This document shows, in pieces, positions 39,635 to 48,925 of a DNA stretch of 64,000 nucleotides; the first letter of the stretch is position 1; each line of letters begins with the position of its first letter. The notes beneath the pieces were generated by a model. The model was not told where the DNA came from and did not search any database. It saw only the letters and a list, made by a program, of their open reading frames with translations. Source of the DNA: an uncultured Candidatus Saccharibacteria bacterium (lineage in GTDB: Bacteria; Patescibacteriota; Saccharimonadia; Saccharimonadales; AWTP1-31); NCBI GenBank assembly GCA_964409615.1, contig CAYPDT010000002.1, positions 65,226-129,225 on the forward strand. The letters are read 5' to 3'. A program made the position numbers and the translations under genes.

Positions 39635-40105
39635 ATGGCAAAGAAAAAACAAAGCCAGCCGAAAACTATCAGCAACCGTCGCGCACGACACGATTACGAC
39701 CTTGACGACAGTATACTGGTAGGCATTATCCTGACCGGAGCAGAGACCAAGGCACTACGCCATGGGCACGGTCAACTTCGTGGCGCCTATGTAACCGTCA
39801 AAGACCAAGAACTGTGGCTTATTAACGCTACTATTTCAGCCATGCCGGGCATTGCCATCGAAGAAACAGCCCAGACACGCTCACGCAAACTCCTAGCTAA
39901 ACGTAAAGAAATTGATAAATTGATTGAAATCAAACACCAGGGCCGAACAATAGTCCCGCTAGAAATCCTAACCCAAGGCCGTTATATTAAAGTTCGCATC
40001 GCTGCCGGTCGCGGCAAAAAGCAGTACGACAAGCGGCAAACTCTTAAAGCCCGTGATGAAAATCGACAAGCTCACGCTGCCATCAAACAACACGCTCACA
40101 ATTAA
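39635..40105 (+). CDS. smpB: SsrA-binding protein
   Basis: ISNRRARHDYDL, GAETKALR and RSRKLLAKRKEIDKL blocks. 156 aa. Confidence 0.93.
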   Translation: MAKKKQSQPKTISNRRARHDYDLDDSILVGIILTGAETKALRHGHGQLRGAYVTVKDQELWLINATISAMPGIAIEETAQTRSRKLLAKRKEIDKLIEIKHQGRTIVPLEILTQGRYIKVRIAAGRGKKQYDKRQTLKARDENRQAHAAIKQHAHN

Positions 40106-40171
40106 GGTAAATACAGATTATAAGCGCAGGGTAGTGTGGTATAACATAAGGAGTAACCACAAGGAATATAC

Positions 40172-40894
40172 ATGCCTCCCCAAAATAACAGCCCACTATC
40201 ACCAGTCCAACCCGAGACTCTTCAGCAGCCGACTACACCCCCATCCGGTACACCCAGTACATTACCAGATTCACCGCTATTTTCGGGTGGGGCACCAACG
40301 CCACCAACAAAATCTAACAAAAAATTAATCCTTGCCACAATTGCTTCGCTTTTGGTTTTCGGTGCAGGTGCCGCAGGCTACTTCGTATTCAAGTCAGACA
40401 AAAAGTCCACGCCATCTGCTAATACCGTCACCACTAACAAGGATGATAAAAACAAGACGAATCCAGAAGCTGAAAACATTACTAGAACCTGTCTTGCGAC
40501 GCCAGACTACAACTCACTCCTTGGTTACGACAACGACATAGAGTTCACCGCTGAAAACATGCACACCGACAACGTACATTTTATGGCAGATTCTGCCGAA
40601 TATGAAGATTCCTCAGAGACAGGTACTATAGACAATTACGCAACTTGGATTAAAGAAATTTCTAAGAAAAAGTTCGTCCACCTAATACTTGAAGGGGGTA
40701 CTAACGACGTAAATACCGACGCCAGCAGTTTGAACCTCGCACAAGCACGGGCCAACAAAGTCAAAACCGATTTGGTAGCGGCTGGCGTACCAGAAAATCT
40801 TATCAGCACTCGAGTAATGGAAAAGCAAAGTGATACGCAAGTGAGTGGTATTGACCGCGTGGTAGTTCTGTACGTAGACCCAACTTGCTCGTAA
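40172..40894 (+). CDS. Pro-rich, membrane-anchored protein with OmpA-C-like domain
   Basis: Pro/Thr-rich N-terminus, one TM helix (LILATIASLLVFGAGAAGYFVF), and C-terminal LNLAQARANKVKTDLVAAGVPENLIS resembling the OmpA/MotB peptidoglycan-binding motif. Confidence 0.55.
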   Translation: MPPQNNSPLSPVQPETLQQPTTPPSGTPSTLPDSPLFSGGAPTPPTKSNKKLILATIASLLVFGAGAAGYFVFKSDKKSTPSANTVTTNKDDKNKTNPEAENITRTCLATPDYNSLLGYDNDIEFTAENMHTDNVHFMADSAEYEDSSETGTIDNYATWIKEISKKKFVHLILEGGTNDVNTDASSLNLAQARANKVKTDLVAAGVPENLISTRVMEKQSDTQVSGIDRVVVLYVDPTCS

Positions 40895-41016
40895 ACTGCT
40901 TTTTGTATTGCGTCAACCGCCTCTGTTAGGTATAATTCCTCGGTCGCTACATTTGTAGCATGCACATTTATTCTATAGGCGATGAGAACTTGTTAACTCA
41001 AGATTCTCATTGTTAT

Positions 41017-41091
41017 TCCCGGGTAGCTCAATGGTGGAGCAAGAAGCTGTTAACTTCGAGGTTGCCAGTTCGAGTCTGGCCCCGGGAGCCA
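41017..41091 (+). tRNA. tRNA-Asn (anticodon GUU), CCA encoded
   Basis: Manual cloverleaf: acceptor TCCCGGG/CCCGGGA, D arm GCTC-AATGGTG-GAGC, anticodon loop CTGTTAA, T arm GCCAG-TTCGAGT-CTGGC, discriminator G plus CCA. Confidence 0.9.
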
Positions 41092-41108
41092 AATGCAAAT
41101 CAACACAT

Positions 41109-41140
41109 AAAGACCGAGTTCCTATGACCGGTCTTTTTTG
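41109..41140 (+). terminator. terminator-like hairpin after tRNA-Asn
   Basis: AAAGACCG-agttcctatgac-CGGTCTTT, running into a T-tract (TTTTTT). Confidence 0.55.
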
Positions 41141-41331
41141 TTTGGTTTACCTCTGTTAAATCACCCCTAAAATGACCCAGACCGTGTAGCATTATGGTGG
41201 CTCAGCGGACATTTAAAAGACCGAGTTCCGAGACCGTACCAAACGACCTATACCTCTGTTATTTCGGTTCGTGACCTGTCGCCATCAAAATTAAACAAAA
41301 AAGAGCACAAAACTTGGGTTGTTATAAGGCT

Positions 41332-42606
41332 CTAAGCTAGGCCGATCTTGCCGCCTTTTAGGGCGAATTTGGTATGAATGCCTTGAACCAATTCAGTTAT
41401 CAATTTGGCGTTGGTCGATGACAGTACAAAGTCAGCATATGTCGCTAACGGTTGTAACTTATCTGTAGAAACGCCATGTTTTGTGAGATGAAAGAGCATT
41501 ATCTTTTGATGCTGAGCCATGTGTTTGCGGATATCGTTTGAAACTTCAATTTTATCTGCGTTTTCGATGATGTATTTTTTAATCTGCTCTTGTACATCAT
41601 GCTCATTCATATATTTTTCAGGGCAGTTATAATCTCGCTTTTTTGTGCACCTGTAGAATACATATCTCTTATTGGTCCCGTCTTTAAGAATCTTGTGTTT
41701 ATCTTCGCCAACGACACTACAGCCACAAGTACCGCATACCAGCAGACCTTTGAAGGCGAAGGTCTTTACACCCCAGCCACCTTTGTAATCGGCTCGACCC
41801 GTATGGATTTGATCGTAGAGTTCTTTGGTGATGAGCGGTTCATGCGCGCCTTTATACCAATTACCTGATTTATCTGGCCATTCAAACTCTCCATAGTAAA
41901 AAGGTGTGTTTAGTATCATGAATACTTGCGACAAGGATATGTTTTTGCCTGATCGATTCGTGCATCCGGCTTCTTTCAGCCATGCCTTTATTTCTCGTCC
42001 TGCGGCACCTTGTGCTGTTTTCTCAAATATCTGCTTAACAAATGGTGCTCTCTCGGGATCCTGCACAATATCTTTGACTCCACCAAAAGCTCGGTTCATA
42101 TAGCCAAGCGGTGCAACGCCTGGTCGCCAACCCATCTCAAGTTTGCTTTTCATGCCACGTTTTACATTAATGCTCTTATTGTCATTTTCGAGCTTTGCTT
42201 GTGAGCAAAGAATCATGAGCAGGAACTTTTCGTTTGGGTTATTTGTGAAAGTTTGTGAGTAAGTGCGTATATGCAAGAGCTTACCTTGATCCATAAGATC
42301 AACGACTGCTCCTAAGTCGCCCGCGTTTCGACTTAATCGATCAGGAGCCCACGTTAAGATTGCGTTATATTCATCATTTCTAATGCCAGCGAGCATTTCA
42401 TTATAAGTAGGCCGTTTACCCGAATCTTTAGCCGAGTGGCTTTCTTGTAATTCACAAACTACGTTGAGCCCCTCATTCTCAGCAAGTGCTCGCATCTCAT
42501 TAAGCTGCGAATCAATCGACATTGCCTGACGCTCGTCGCTCTCTGAAGATTTACGAGCATACAGGCAATATTTTAACGTCGGTTGATTGTCCAGCATGGC
42601 AAGCAC
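41332..42606 (-). CDS. large serine recombinase (integrase)
   Basis: Resolvase catalytic domain (CLYARKSSESDERQAMSIDSQ, LTWAPDRLSRN), recombinase domain, and a Cys-rich zinc-ribbon region (CGTCGCSV...YRCTKKRDYNCP). 424 aa. Confidence 0.9.
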   Translation of the reverse strand: MLAMLDNQPTLKYCLYARKSSESDERQAMSIDSQLNEMRALAENEGLNVVCELQESHSAKDSGKRPTYNEMLAGIRNDEYNAILTWAPDRLSRNAGDLGAVVDLMDQGKLLHIRTYSQTFTNNPNEKFLLMILCSQAKLENDNKSINVKRGMKSKLEMGWRPGVAPLGYMNRAFGGVKDIVQDPERAPFVKQIFEKTAQGAAGREIKAWLKEAGCTNRSGKNISLSQVFMILNTPFYYGEFEWPDKSGNWYKGAHEPLITKELYDQIHTGRADYKGGWGVKTFAFKGLLVCGTCGCSVVGEDKHKILKDGTNKRYVFYRCTKKRDYNCPEKYMNEHDVQEQIKKYIIENADKIEVSNDIRKHMAQHQKIMLFHLTKHGVSTDKLQPLATYADFVLSSTNAKLITELVQGIHTKFALKGGKIGLA

Positions 42607-42645
42607 AACAGTACCGCTGGGTCTTGAGAAAGTCTAGGCTATTAT

Positions 42646-43569
42646 CTAAAGATATTTAGGGAAAACACGCGTAAAACTATCGGCTGTTTCAACTAACCAT
42701 TTAATGAGCTCTTTTGAGTCACTTTCATCTAGAAAATCACCGTCATGAGTAACGATAATACGACTTGCTTTACGCTCTGGCAGTTCTTGCCAATCTAAAG
42801 TAAACCCAAGCTTTGCTTCGATATCGTCCTTTTTGACATACAACTTATGAAATAGGTCTTTATTGTCTGGGATATAAAGCTCCATAGCTACTTGTTGCTC
42901 TTTTGAATTTAACGTAGCACTTAGATGAGCTTGGGATGACCCAACTCTAATATTCTGCCAGTGCTGGGGGCGAGGGGCATGCCAACTCTTGACGTACTTT
43001 GCGGATTCTTTGCCGTACTCAATCATTCGCTCAAAAAACGCTTGTTGGTGAAGTTTAAGGTCGCTGATGCTGTTACCAGATGCACTTTGTTTTACTGTTT
43101 TAGCCCAGTCATTTGGCTTTGCAACAATATTAAATCTTGGAGCAGGCTTCGAGTCGCCGATTTTCCATGCCTCTATTTGTAACAGAAAGAAATTAGCGTT
43201 TTCAGTGGTATTTTCATTTAGCCAGTTAACAGCTTGCTCATGTTCTTCGCGAGCACGTTCAACTATCCATACTATGACTTCAGCTTGTAAGCCTGAAGCA
43301 TAGGTAATGATTTTTCCTAAGTGATCATGGTTTGTTGGTTCGAGTTGATTTTCAATAACAATTTTTCGGCCACTTTCATCTTCTGCCAAAATATCTACAT
43401 GAAATTGTCCAACGCCAACCTCGGTCTGCGTGTTGATAATGTCTACAGCGATCACTTCACTAAGATTTTCAATATTTTCTGGTAGTGCTAGCCACTGCGT
43501 AAAGTCGAGTGCCTCGTGTTTCCATACGTCACGTAAAGGAATTTGTACTAATTTGCTAAGTTCAATCAT
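42646..43569 (-). CDS. PD-(D/E)xK nuclease-like protein with DUF4268-like C-terminal domain
   Basis: N-terminal block GQFHVDILAEDESGRKIVIENQLEPTNHDHLGKIITYASG (D...E-x-Q nuclease-type core) as seen in NucS/DUF4268-type proteins. 307 aa. Confidence 0.65.
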   Translation of the reverse strand: MIELSKLVQIPLRDVWKHEALDFTQWLALPENIENLSEVIAVDIINTQTEVGVGQFHVDILAEDESGRKIVIENQLEPTNHDHLGKIITYASGLQAEVIVWIVERAREEHEQAVNWLNENTTENANFFLLQIEAWKIGDSKPAPRFNIVAKPNDWAKTVKQSASGNSISDLKLHQQAFFERMIEYGKESAKYVKSWHAPRPQHWQNIRVGSSQAHLSATLNSKEQQVAMELYIPDNKDLFHKLYVKKDDIEAKLGFTLDWQELPERKASRIIVTHDGDFLDESDSKELIKWLVETADSFTRVFPKYL

Positions 43570-43583
43570 AAATCTATTTTAAC

Positions 43584-44378
43584 TCAGATAGCGATATCAA
43601 GCACAAGAGGCACGTGATCACTATGCATCAGCCAGTCTTCATGTGTTCCAATTTCAAGCTTTGCATTCTGTATTAATGTCTCGGAGCCAAACACATAATC
43701 TATGTGATAACCACGCTCCGGTTGTCGATACCAAAATAGCGTCGATACAGATTCCAGTCCGTGTTCTTCGCCCGTTGTTTTGTGCCACACACTATGTTTA
43801 TCGAGTTTTCTAAGCTCTTCGATATATGTAGCCCATTGCCATTCTTTTTTGGTTTTGTGATCCCAACGAACATTATTATTCATGTCGCCAATAAATATGC
43901 CAGTATCCTTACGTAGCAGGGAGTCATAATGATCCAGTGCATTTAATAAGCCTTCGACATACGTCTGCCCAGCATCTTTATGCGCCCACATAGCAAGAAC
44001 ATCTACTGTATCTGATTCGACTGGAATGGCCCAATGAATAGTATCGTTATAATTATCAGCTACACGGAAATTATTATCAGTGAAACCAAGTACTCCCAAA
44101 CCCTTGTGCGGATTGTTACCAACCCAGTGCTTGAATATCGCATTTGTATTTTCTATGTCAGCTTTGGAACATTCTTGAAGAATCAATAAATCAGGCTTGT
44201 GCTTGAGGATTGCATTTCTTTTGTTTCGGAACGCCATGTTGCAGTTCCATGAAATAATACGCACGTTGGTCTGACAGCCTTTCCCCAGAGACTGCCATAA
44301 AAAAGTGACAGCCACGCTGGACTGTCTAGGACCCAAATAAGCATTATTCATGCCTACTCTTTTGTACGTAGCTGCCAC
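43584..44378 (-). CDS. endonuclease/exonuclease/phosphatase (EEP) family protein
   Basis: RIISWNCN, PDLLILQECS, IGDMNN, and C-terminal SDHVPLVLDI, all in EEP order. The start codon is ambiguous (44378 or 44351). Confidence 0.72.
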   Translation of the reverse strand: MAATYKRVGMNNAYLGPRQSSVAVTFLWQSLGKGCQTNVRIISWNCNMAFRNKRNAILKHKPDLLILQECSKADIENTNAIFKHWVGNNPHKGLGVLGFTDNNFRVADNYNDTIHWAIPVESDTVDVLAMWAHKDAGQTYVEGLLNALDHYDSLLRKDTGIFIGDMNNNVRWDHKTKKEWQWATYIEELRKLDKHSVWHKTTGEEHGLESVSTLFWYRQPERGYHIDYVFGSETLIQNAKLEIGTHEDWLMHSDHVPLVLDIAI

Positions 44379-44471
44379 TTTCTTGGCATGAACGTACGTA
44401 GAGTCCTCTACGGGTTAATACTTATTTAGATCCTAGACAAGTATTATTATACCGCTGTCAGATGATGAAAC

Positions 44472-44792
44472 CTAGGCCATGAGCCTACTAATATGTTCTG
44501 AAATTTGTTTTTTGACCCATTCGTAGGAATCAATGTTTTTACCGCCCACGTGCCATTCACATATTTGATCAGGCCTTAAGCCAGCCTTGCCCATATAGTT
44601 CTTACCATCTTTATAGTTGTAGATCGTAGCAACTCCGTAGGGTGTATTAATAATCCATTCAACATCAATCTTGTTATCTGAATGCATTGGTAATCGTGGC
44701 TCATTAAATAGCGCAATCAGCTGATCGTAGTGCACGTATAGATAGCCCTTGAAGCTTGTTCCAGTTCGTTTCTTGTCTAATTTGTTCATCAT
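44472..44792 (-). CDS. small hypothetical protein (phage-type)
   Basis: About 106 aa from the ATG with AAAGGA upstream. The ORF track extends to 44819. No family recognised. Confidence 0.5.
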   Translation of the reverse strand: MMNKLDKKRTGTSFKGYLYVHYDQLIALFNEPRLPMHSDNKIDVEWIINTPYGVATIYNYKDGKNYMGKAGLRPDQICEWHVGGKNIDSYEWVKKQISEHISRLMA

Positions 44793-44832
44793 AATCCTTT
44801 CAAAGCAAAGGTACCGCAAAGATTAATAAAAG

Positions 44833-46362
44833 CTAGTTCCGTTTTTTCTCCTCATCGAGGTACTTAATGCCATAAAAATGGTGCATTTCATCATCATCGC
44901 CACCTATGAATCCGAATCCAAAAGTAACTGCCCACTTCACATTAGTTTGTATATAGTTCAGACCCATCGATACAGCATCAGCTAAATCGTCATGTTTTTC
45001 GACGCCGAACCCTACCAGTTGCTGTATGATCGGTGCCACATTACGATCTTTTGGGAAATACACCATGCCTTGTTCGAATAATGAACTTGCCAATTGAAGT
45101 CGTGCACGTTTGTCGTTATATATCTTGATGCCTTTTGATTTAATATCTCGGTCGTTGAGCTGTTCAATTACAGCTGCTTGGTATTGCACCTGTTCAACAA
45201 GTACAATTGGCTCCTGTTTTGAATCTGCATTTAAAGCCTCATACAGTGCCGCGATAGTATCTAGTGTTGCGAGGTGAGTTATCTTTTTGTTAATAAATTT
45301 CTTATCAATGTAGTAGCGACGATCCTCGGGTTTGTAGCCGAATACATGAATTATGATTATCGCTGTATAGTCAGCTGTTGCGCTTTGGGATATGGCAAGA
45401 TCAACAGACAAAAATGAATTAATATATTCGTTTGCTTCTGTTTTTTCAGGAAGTTCATCATAGTACTGCATCCACCGTGCATCGATAACCTGATCTTCAT
45501 CAGGAATGATACGGAGCATATACTCACGTTCCCATGCGATTTTATTTCCAACATTCCGCCTCAGGTTGTTAATTGCTACTTTGTCAGGATATTTGCCCGG
45601 CCATAAACTAACACCTGAACGCACAATAGGCCACTCACGGTATATGCCATCAATCTCATGGTTTTCAATGCGCTCTTTGAGCCTCATCAGTAGCGAATCT
45701 TCGTGCAACAGATTACCGACTGCAATACGCTTTGTATAGGTATCACCAGCTGGAATAATTTCACTCGTATACCAGTCAAAAGTTTTGTTGCGCCCCTCAC
45801 GGGTTTTTACCGAAGCCATATCTTCAACATCATCAGCAATAATTAAGTCGGGTCGATGAGCGCCGTGGCGTATACCTCGCACACTTTGTTCGGTACTTAT
45901 TGCTGTAATTCGTGCGTTGTATTTTGGTATGTATAGTGAAGTCGAACCCCATTCTTCTCGTTGCTCAATAAACGGCCCCATATCATTGGCAAGGAGCTCA
46001 TTGCTCTCAAGCTCACGTTTTATATTCGTCAGGTGAACTCTTGCCTGATACTGTGTCTGACTGGCTATTAATACAAATTTCTTTTGTTGCCGTCCGACTA
46101 CCGCCCATATTGGGTAGCTCATGGTCAGTATGGTAGATTTTGCTGATCCACGAAAAGCCACAATCACTGCCAGTGGTAAAGACTCATCTTCGGTTATTGA
46201 AAATAGGTCACGATGCATGTCGGCAGTAGCGTGTGTTAAGTAATTCGAAAAGTAGGTAGAGAAAAACCATTGATGGCTTTGCGATGTAACTTCTGCGCGA
46301 ATCTTTTGGTCATCGAAGAGTTTTTTCTGTAGATTAGCTTGCTTCATCGGTTTCATCCTCAT
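44833..46362 (-). CDS. terminase large subunit-like protein
   Basis: ATPase motifs AFRGSAKST (Walker A-like) and PDLIIADDVED (Walker B). C-terminal RNase H-like nuclease blocks (FLSVDLAIS...ADYTAIIII, KHDDLADAVSMG). Confidence 0.8.
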   Translation of the reverse strand: MRMKPMKQANLQKKLFDDQKIRAEVTSQSHQWFFSTYFSNYLTHATADMHRDLFSITEDESLPLAVIVAFRGSAKSTILTMSYPIWAVVGRQQKKFVLIASQTQYQARVHLTNIKRELESNELLANDMGPFIEQREEWGSTSLYIPKYNARITAISTEQSVRGIRHGAHRPDLIIADDVEDMASVKTREGRNKTFDWYTSEIIPAGDTYTKRIAVGNLLHEDSLLMRLKERIENHEIDGIYREWPIVRSGVSLWPGKYPDKVAINNLRRNVGNKIAWEREYMLRIIPDEDQVIDARWMQYYDELPEKTEANEYINSFLSVDLAISQSATADYTAIIIIHVFGYKPEDRRYYIDKKFINKKITHLATLDTIAALYEALNADSKQEPIVLVEQVQYQAAVIEQLNDRDIKSKGIKIYNDKRARLQLASSLFEQGMVYFPKDRNVAPIIQQLVGFGVEKHDDLADAVSMGLNYIQTNVKWAVTFGFGFIGGDDDEMHHFYGIKYLDEEKKRN

Positions 46363-46780
46363 TTGTTAAACCGGCAAGCCGAAGCGCACGTGACACAACT
46401 TCGGTTTGCTCTGGTGTTAGTTCCTGTTGTATGGTCTGGAGCTTAGCATCTACTTCAATACGAGTTTTATATGACTTGTGATGATGCTTTAGCCAAAAGA
46501 ATATTGCCGACATGTTTTTATCTTTGATCGCAGAGATAAGCTGGCTTTCAGCCATATCATTAATTAGTCCTGCGCTATGCTCAATTGCATCATCACACTC
46601 GCTCGCAAATATCTCATCGTCTTTTCGCCATCGATAATATGTGCTTCTGGGTACGCCAGATTGTTTACAAGCAACCTCAACAATTGGTGTCTTGCGGAGC
46701 TTTTCAAGTAGCTTCTTTTTATCGGCGGTAAGATTACGGCTCATAGCTTTACTCGCTTTTGTCCGGTGAGGTTTTCCCAA
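46334..46780 (-). CDS. HTH protein, candidate terminase small subunit
   Basis: HTH CKQSGVPRSTYYRWRKDDEIF. Immediately upstream of and overlapping the TerL-like gene. 148 aa. Confidence 0.5.
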   Translation of the reverse strand: MGKPHRTKASKAMSRNLTADKKKLLEKLRKTPIVEVACKQSGVPRSTYYRWRKDDEIFASECDDAIEHSAGLINDMAESQLISAIKDKNMSAIFFWLKHHHKSYKTRIEVDAKLQTIQQELTPEQTEVVSRALRLAGLTNEDETDEAS

Positions 46781-48063
46781 CGCTTTAACGCCACCTCAGC
46801 ATAGGTGGGGCTTTTCTCCATTATGTTGCATCGGCGTTTTAGTTTGGTGCTTGCTATGAGCGTAGAGCCGCTTCCACAGAAGGGTTCGACTACGAGGTCA
46901 CCACGTTTTGTAAGTACTTTTATATAGGGTATGAGTATTTCAATTGGTTTCGTGCCAAATATGACACCCTGACCAGAATGTTTTTCATCACTAGCTTGAT
47001 AGGATATAAAGTCGGTCGGCTGGTACTTTTTACCACCCTCGTAACCCTCCCACTGGGGCTTACCACCAATTGCATACAAAGCCGTTTCATATTCTTCTTG
47101 TAACCCATCTGGCTCTTCATCGTGGTTATATTCCACCTCACCCGATGCACCGACCATCGCAATATCGTGTTTGCTGAAGAACTTATACTTAGCTGCAAAG
47201 CCTTGATGACGATTGGGTAAATGCCACACGATCATGTTTTTGACTTTCCAGTATTTCTCCATTTCTTGCCATATCACACGTAAATTTTTCCAATTTTCGT
47301 ACACAATAATTGAGTAGTCGGGCTTTGCATACTTAGCAACATTTGCCATCCATAGTTCAGTAAAGTCATCTGGTAGGACATCAGTTTCAAGATAACGGCG
47401 GTTGCGCTTTGCACCAAAGCCAGTAACTGGCTTACCGCCACGCTTTGCGTGTAGATAGTCGAGAATGTATGGAGGATCTGTCATACACATATCTGCTTGC
47501 TCTCCGTTCATAAGCTTGTCAAAATCTGCTTCAACGGTTGAGTCACCACACATTAGCCTAGAATCACCAAGCTGATAGACATCGCCTTTTTGCACAGTGA
47601 TTTTACTGATATCCAGTTTCTTCAGCTCTTTTTCGAGATCGAATGTTTCAGGTTCATCAACAACAAGGTCAAAAATTGCATCAATCTCCTCACTATCAAA
47701 GCCGATAGTGCTAAGTAATGATTCATCGAACTCTACTAACAGTTCATAATCCCAGTCACCAAGATTTTTATTAAGCCGTACGTTGAGTTCTTTTTCACGC
47801 TCAATATCGGGTATATCTACATATACGACTGGCACTTCTTTGATCCCAAGGTCTTTAGCAACCTTAAGCCTAAAGTGCCCACCTATAACTACATTCTTAC
47901 GATTCGGTGAGCTGTTGACTAAAATCGGGTCAACTAGCCCGAAGCTTTTTATGCTTTCAGTAAGTTGCGTTATTGCATCCTCGCTCCATTTGCGTGGATT
48001 GTACGGTGCGGGGTTTAGTTCTTTTACGTTTTGGTAGGTAACTACTAAGTTGTTATTCGTCAT
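46741..48063 (-). CDS. ParB-like nuclease domain fused to N6/N4 DNA methyltransferase
   Basis: ParB N-terminal blocks (LNPAPYNPRKW, GGHFRLKVAKDLG). Methyltransferase motifs DPPY (MTDPPYILD) and SAM-binding VEPFCGSGSTLIA. Confidence 0.85.
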   Translation of the reverse strand: MTNNNLVVTYQNVKELNPAPYNPRKWSEDAITQLTESIKSFGLVDPILVNSSPNRKNVVIGGHFRLKVAKDLGIKEVPVVYVDIPDIEREKELNVRLNKNLGDWDYELLVEFDESLLSTIGFDSEEIDAIFDLVVDEPETFDLEKELKKLDISKITVQKGDVYQLGDSRLMCGDSTVEADFDKLMNGEQADMCMTDPPYILDYLHAKRGGKPVTGFGAKRNRRYLETDVLPDDFTELWMANVAKYAKPDYSIIVYENWKNLRVIWQEMEKYWKVKNMIVWHLPNRHQGFAAKYKFFSKHDIAMVGASGEVEYNHDEEPDGLQEEYETALYAIGGKPQWEGYEGGKKYQPTDFISYQASDEKHSGQGVIFGTKPIEILIPYIKVLTKRGDLVVEPFCGSGSTLIASTKLKRRCNIMEKSPTYAEVALKRWENLTGQKRVKL

Positions 48064-48100
48064 GATGTTCTCCTTATTCTGAAAACATCATGACTCCTAG

Positions 48101-48835
48101 TTAGTTATGCCACCATAGGCTCGGTAAGTTACGTAGCGAGGTACGCTTTTTGAATCGAGCCTCCTGTTTATTCTTGAAGTTTCTTACATCTTCTGCTGAA
48201 TTAAATTTGCTTGGGTATTTTTTGGCAATCTGTCCATAAGTTAACCCCTCTGATAAATAACTAATAACACCCTTGTATCTCTGTACTGTTTCTTTATTTA
48301 TAGGGTCACGACGTGAAGGTATCTCAGTATCCATGTAGTCCTGATATTTTTGGACTTCTTTCCATACTGCATGAACATCATGAATAGTCGTTTCTTTTTC
48401 TATCCGAATATTTAGACTTGTAACCCGTAGTTGCTCTTTTGGCAGTCGTACGTCATTGAACTTAGGCGTTACCCAAGCACTCTGATTTGATGGTGGCTCA
48501 AGTGATTTCTCTGCAGAGAAGATATAATTAAACAAAGGTTGTAGCCAACGCGGATCGAGATTAAATTCCAATCGTAAATTATCTAGCTCATCTAATACTT
48601 GTTTGTTGGGTGGCAGTAGCTGATAGCCATAGGCTCCACCATATCTACTTTCGGTGTCCACATCTGGGCTAGCAAAGAAACTCCCAAACCAATCTGCTCG
48701 CTCATCATAAGTAACCCCAGTTTCTGGTATGTTTAATCGCTTCCGAACTTCAGTTATAGCAGTCTGAAAACGAGGCATGGATTCTAGAATTCTTGCACGT
48801 GGCTCCCAATAATTGTCTGCTTTAGCTTTTGCCAT
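48101..48835 (-). CDS. hypothetical protein (possible C-terminal HTH)
   Basis: 244-aa ORF, first gene of the minus-strand block. The segment LSEGLTYGQIAKKYPSKF looks HTH-like. Otherwise unrecognised. Confidence 0.5.
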   Translation of the reverse strand: MAKAKADNYWEPRARILESMPRFQTAITEVRKRLNIPETGVTYDERADWFGSFFASPDVDTESRYGGAYGYQLLPPNKQVLDELDNLRLEFNLDPRWLQPLFNYIFSAEKSLEPPSNQSAWVTPKFNDVRLPKEQLRVTSLNIRIEKETTIHDVHAVWKEVQKYQDYMDTEIPSRRDPINKETVQRYKGVISYLSEGLTYGQIAKKYPSKFNSAEDVRNFKNKQEARFKKRTSLRNLPSLWWHN

Positions 48836-48925
48836 GCATTAATTATACCGCCAACGATGTTATTACATCTGTTTTTAAGGTATAATGTTGTGTAATATGG
48901 CGATAAAATTACAGAGTAAAAATCA

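Noticed and set aside
48841-48925. Sigma-70-type promoter for the plus-strand operon in the divergent intergenic region.
   Set aside because: A TATAAT is present at 48881-48886. The best -35 candidates (TTACAT at 12-nt spacing, TGTTAT at 17-nt spacing) are poor, so I did not list it as a feature.
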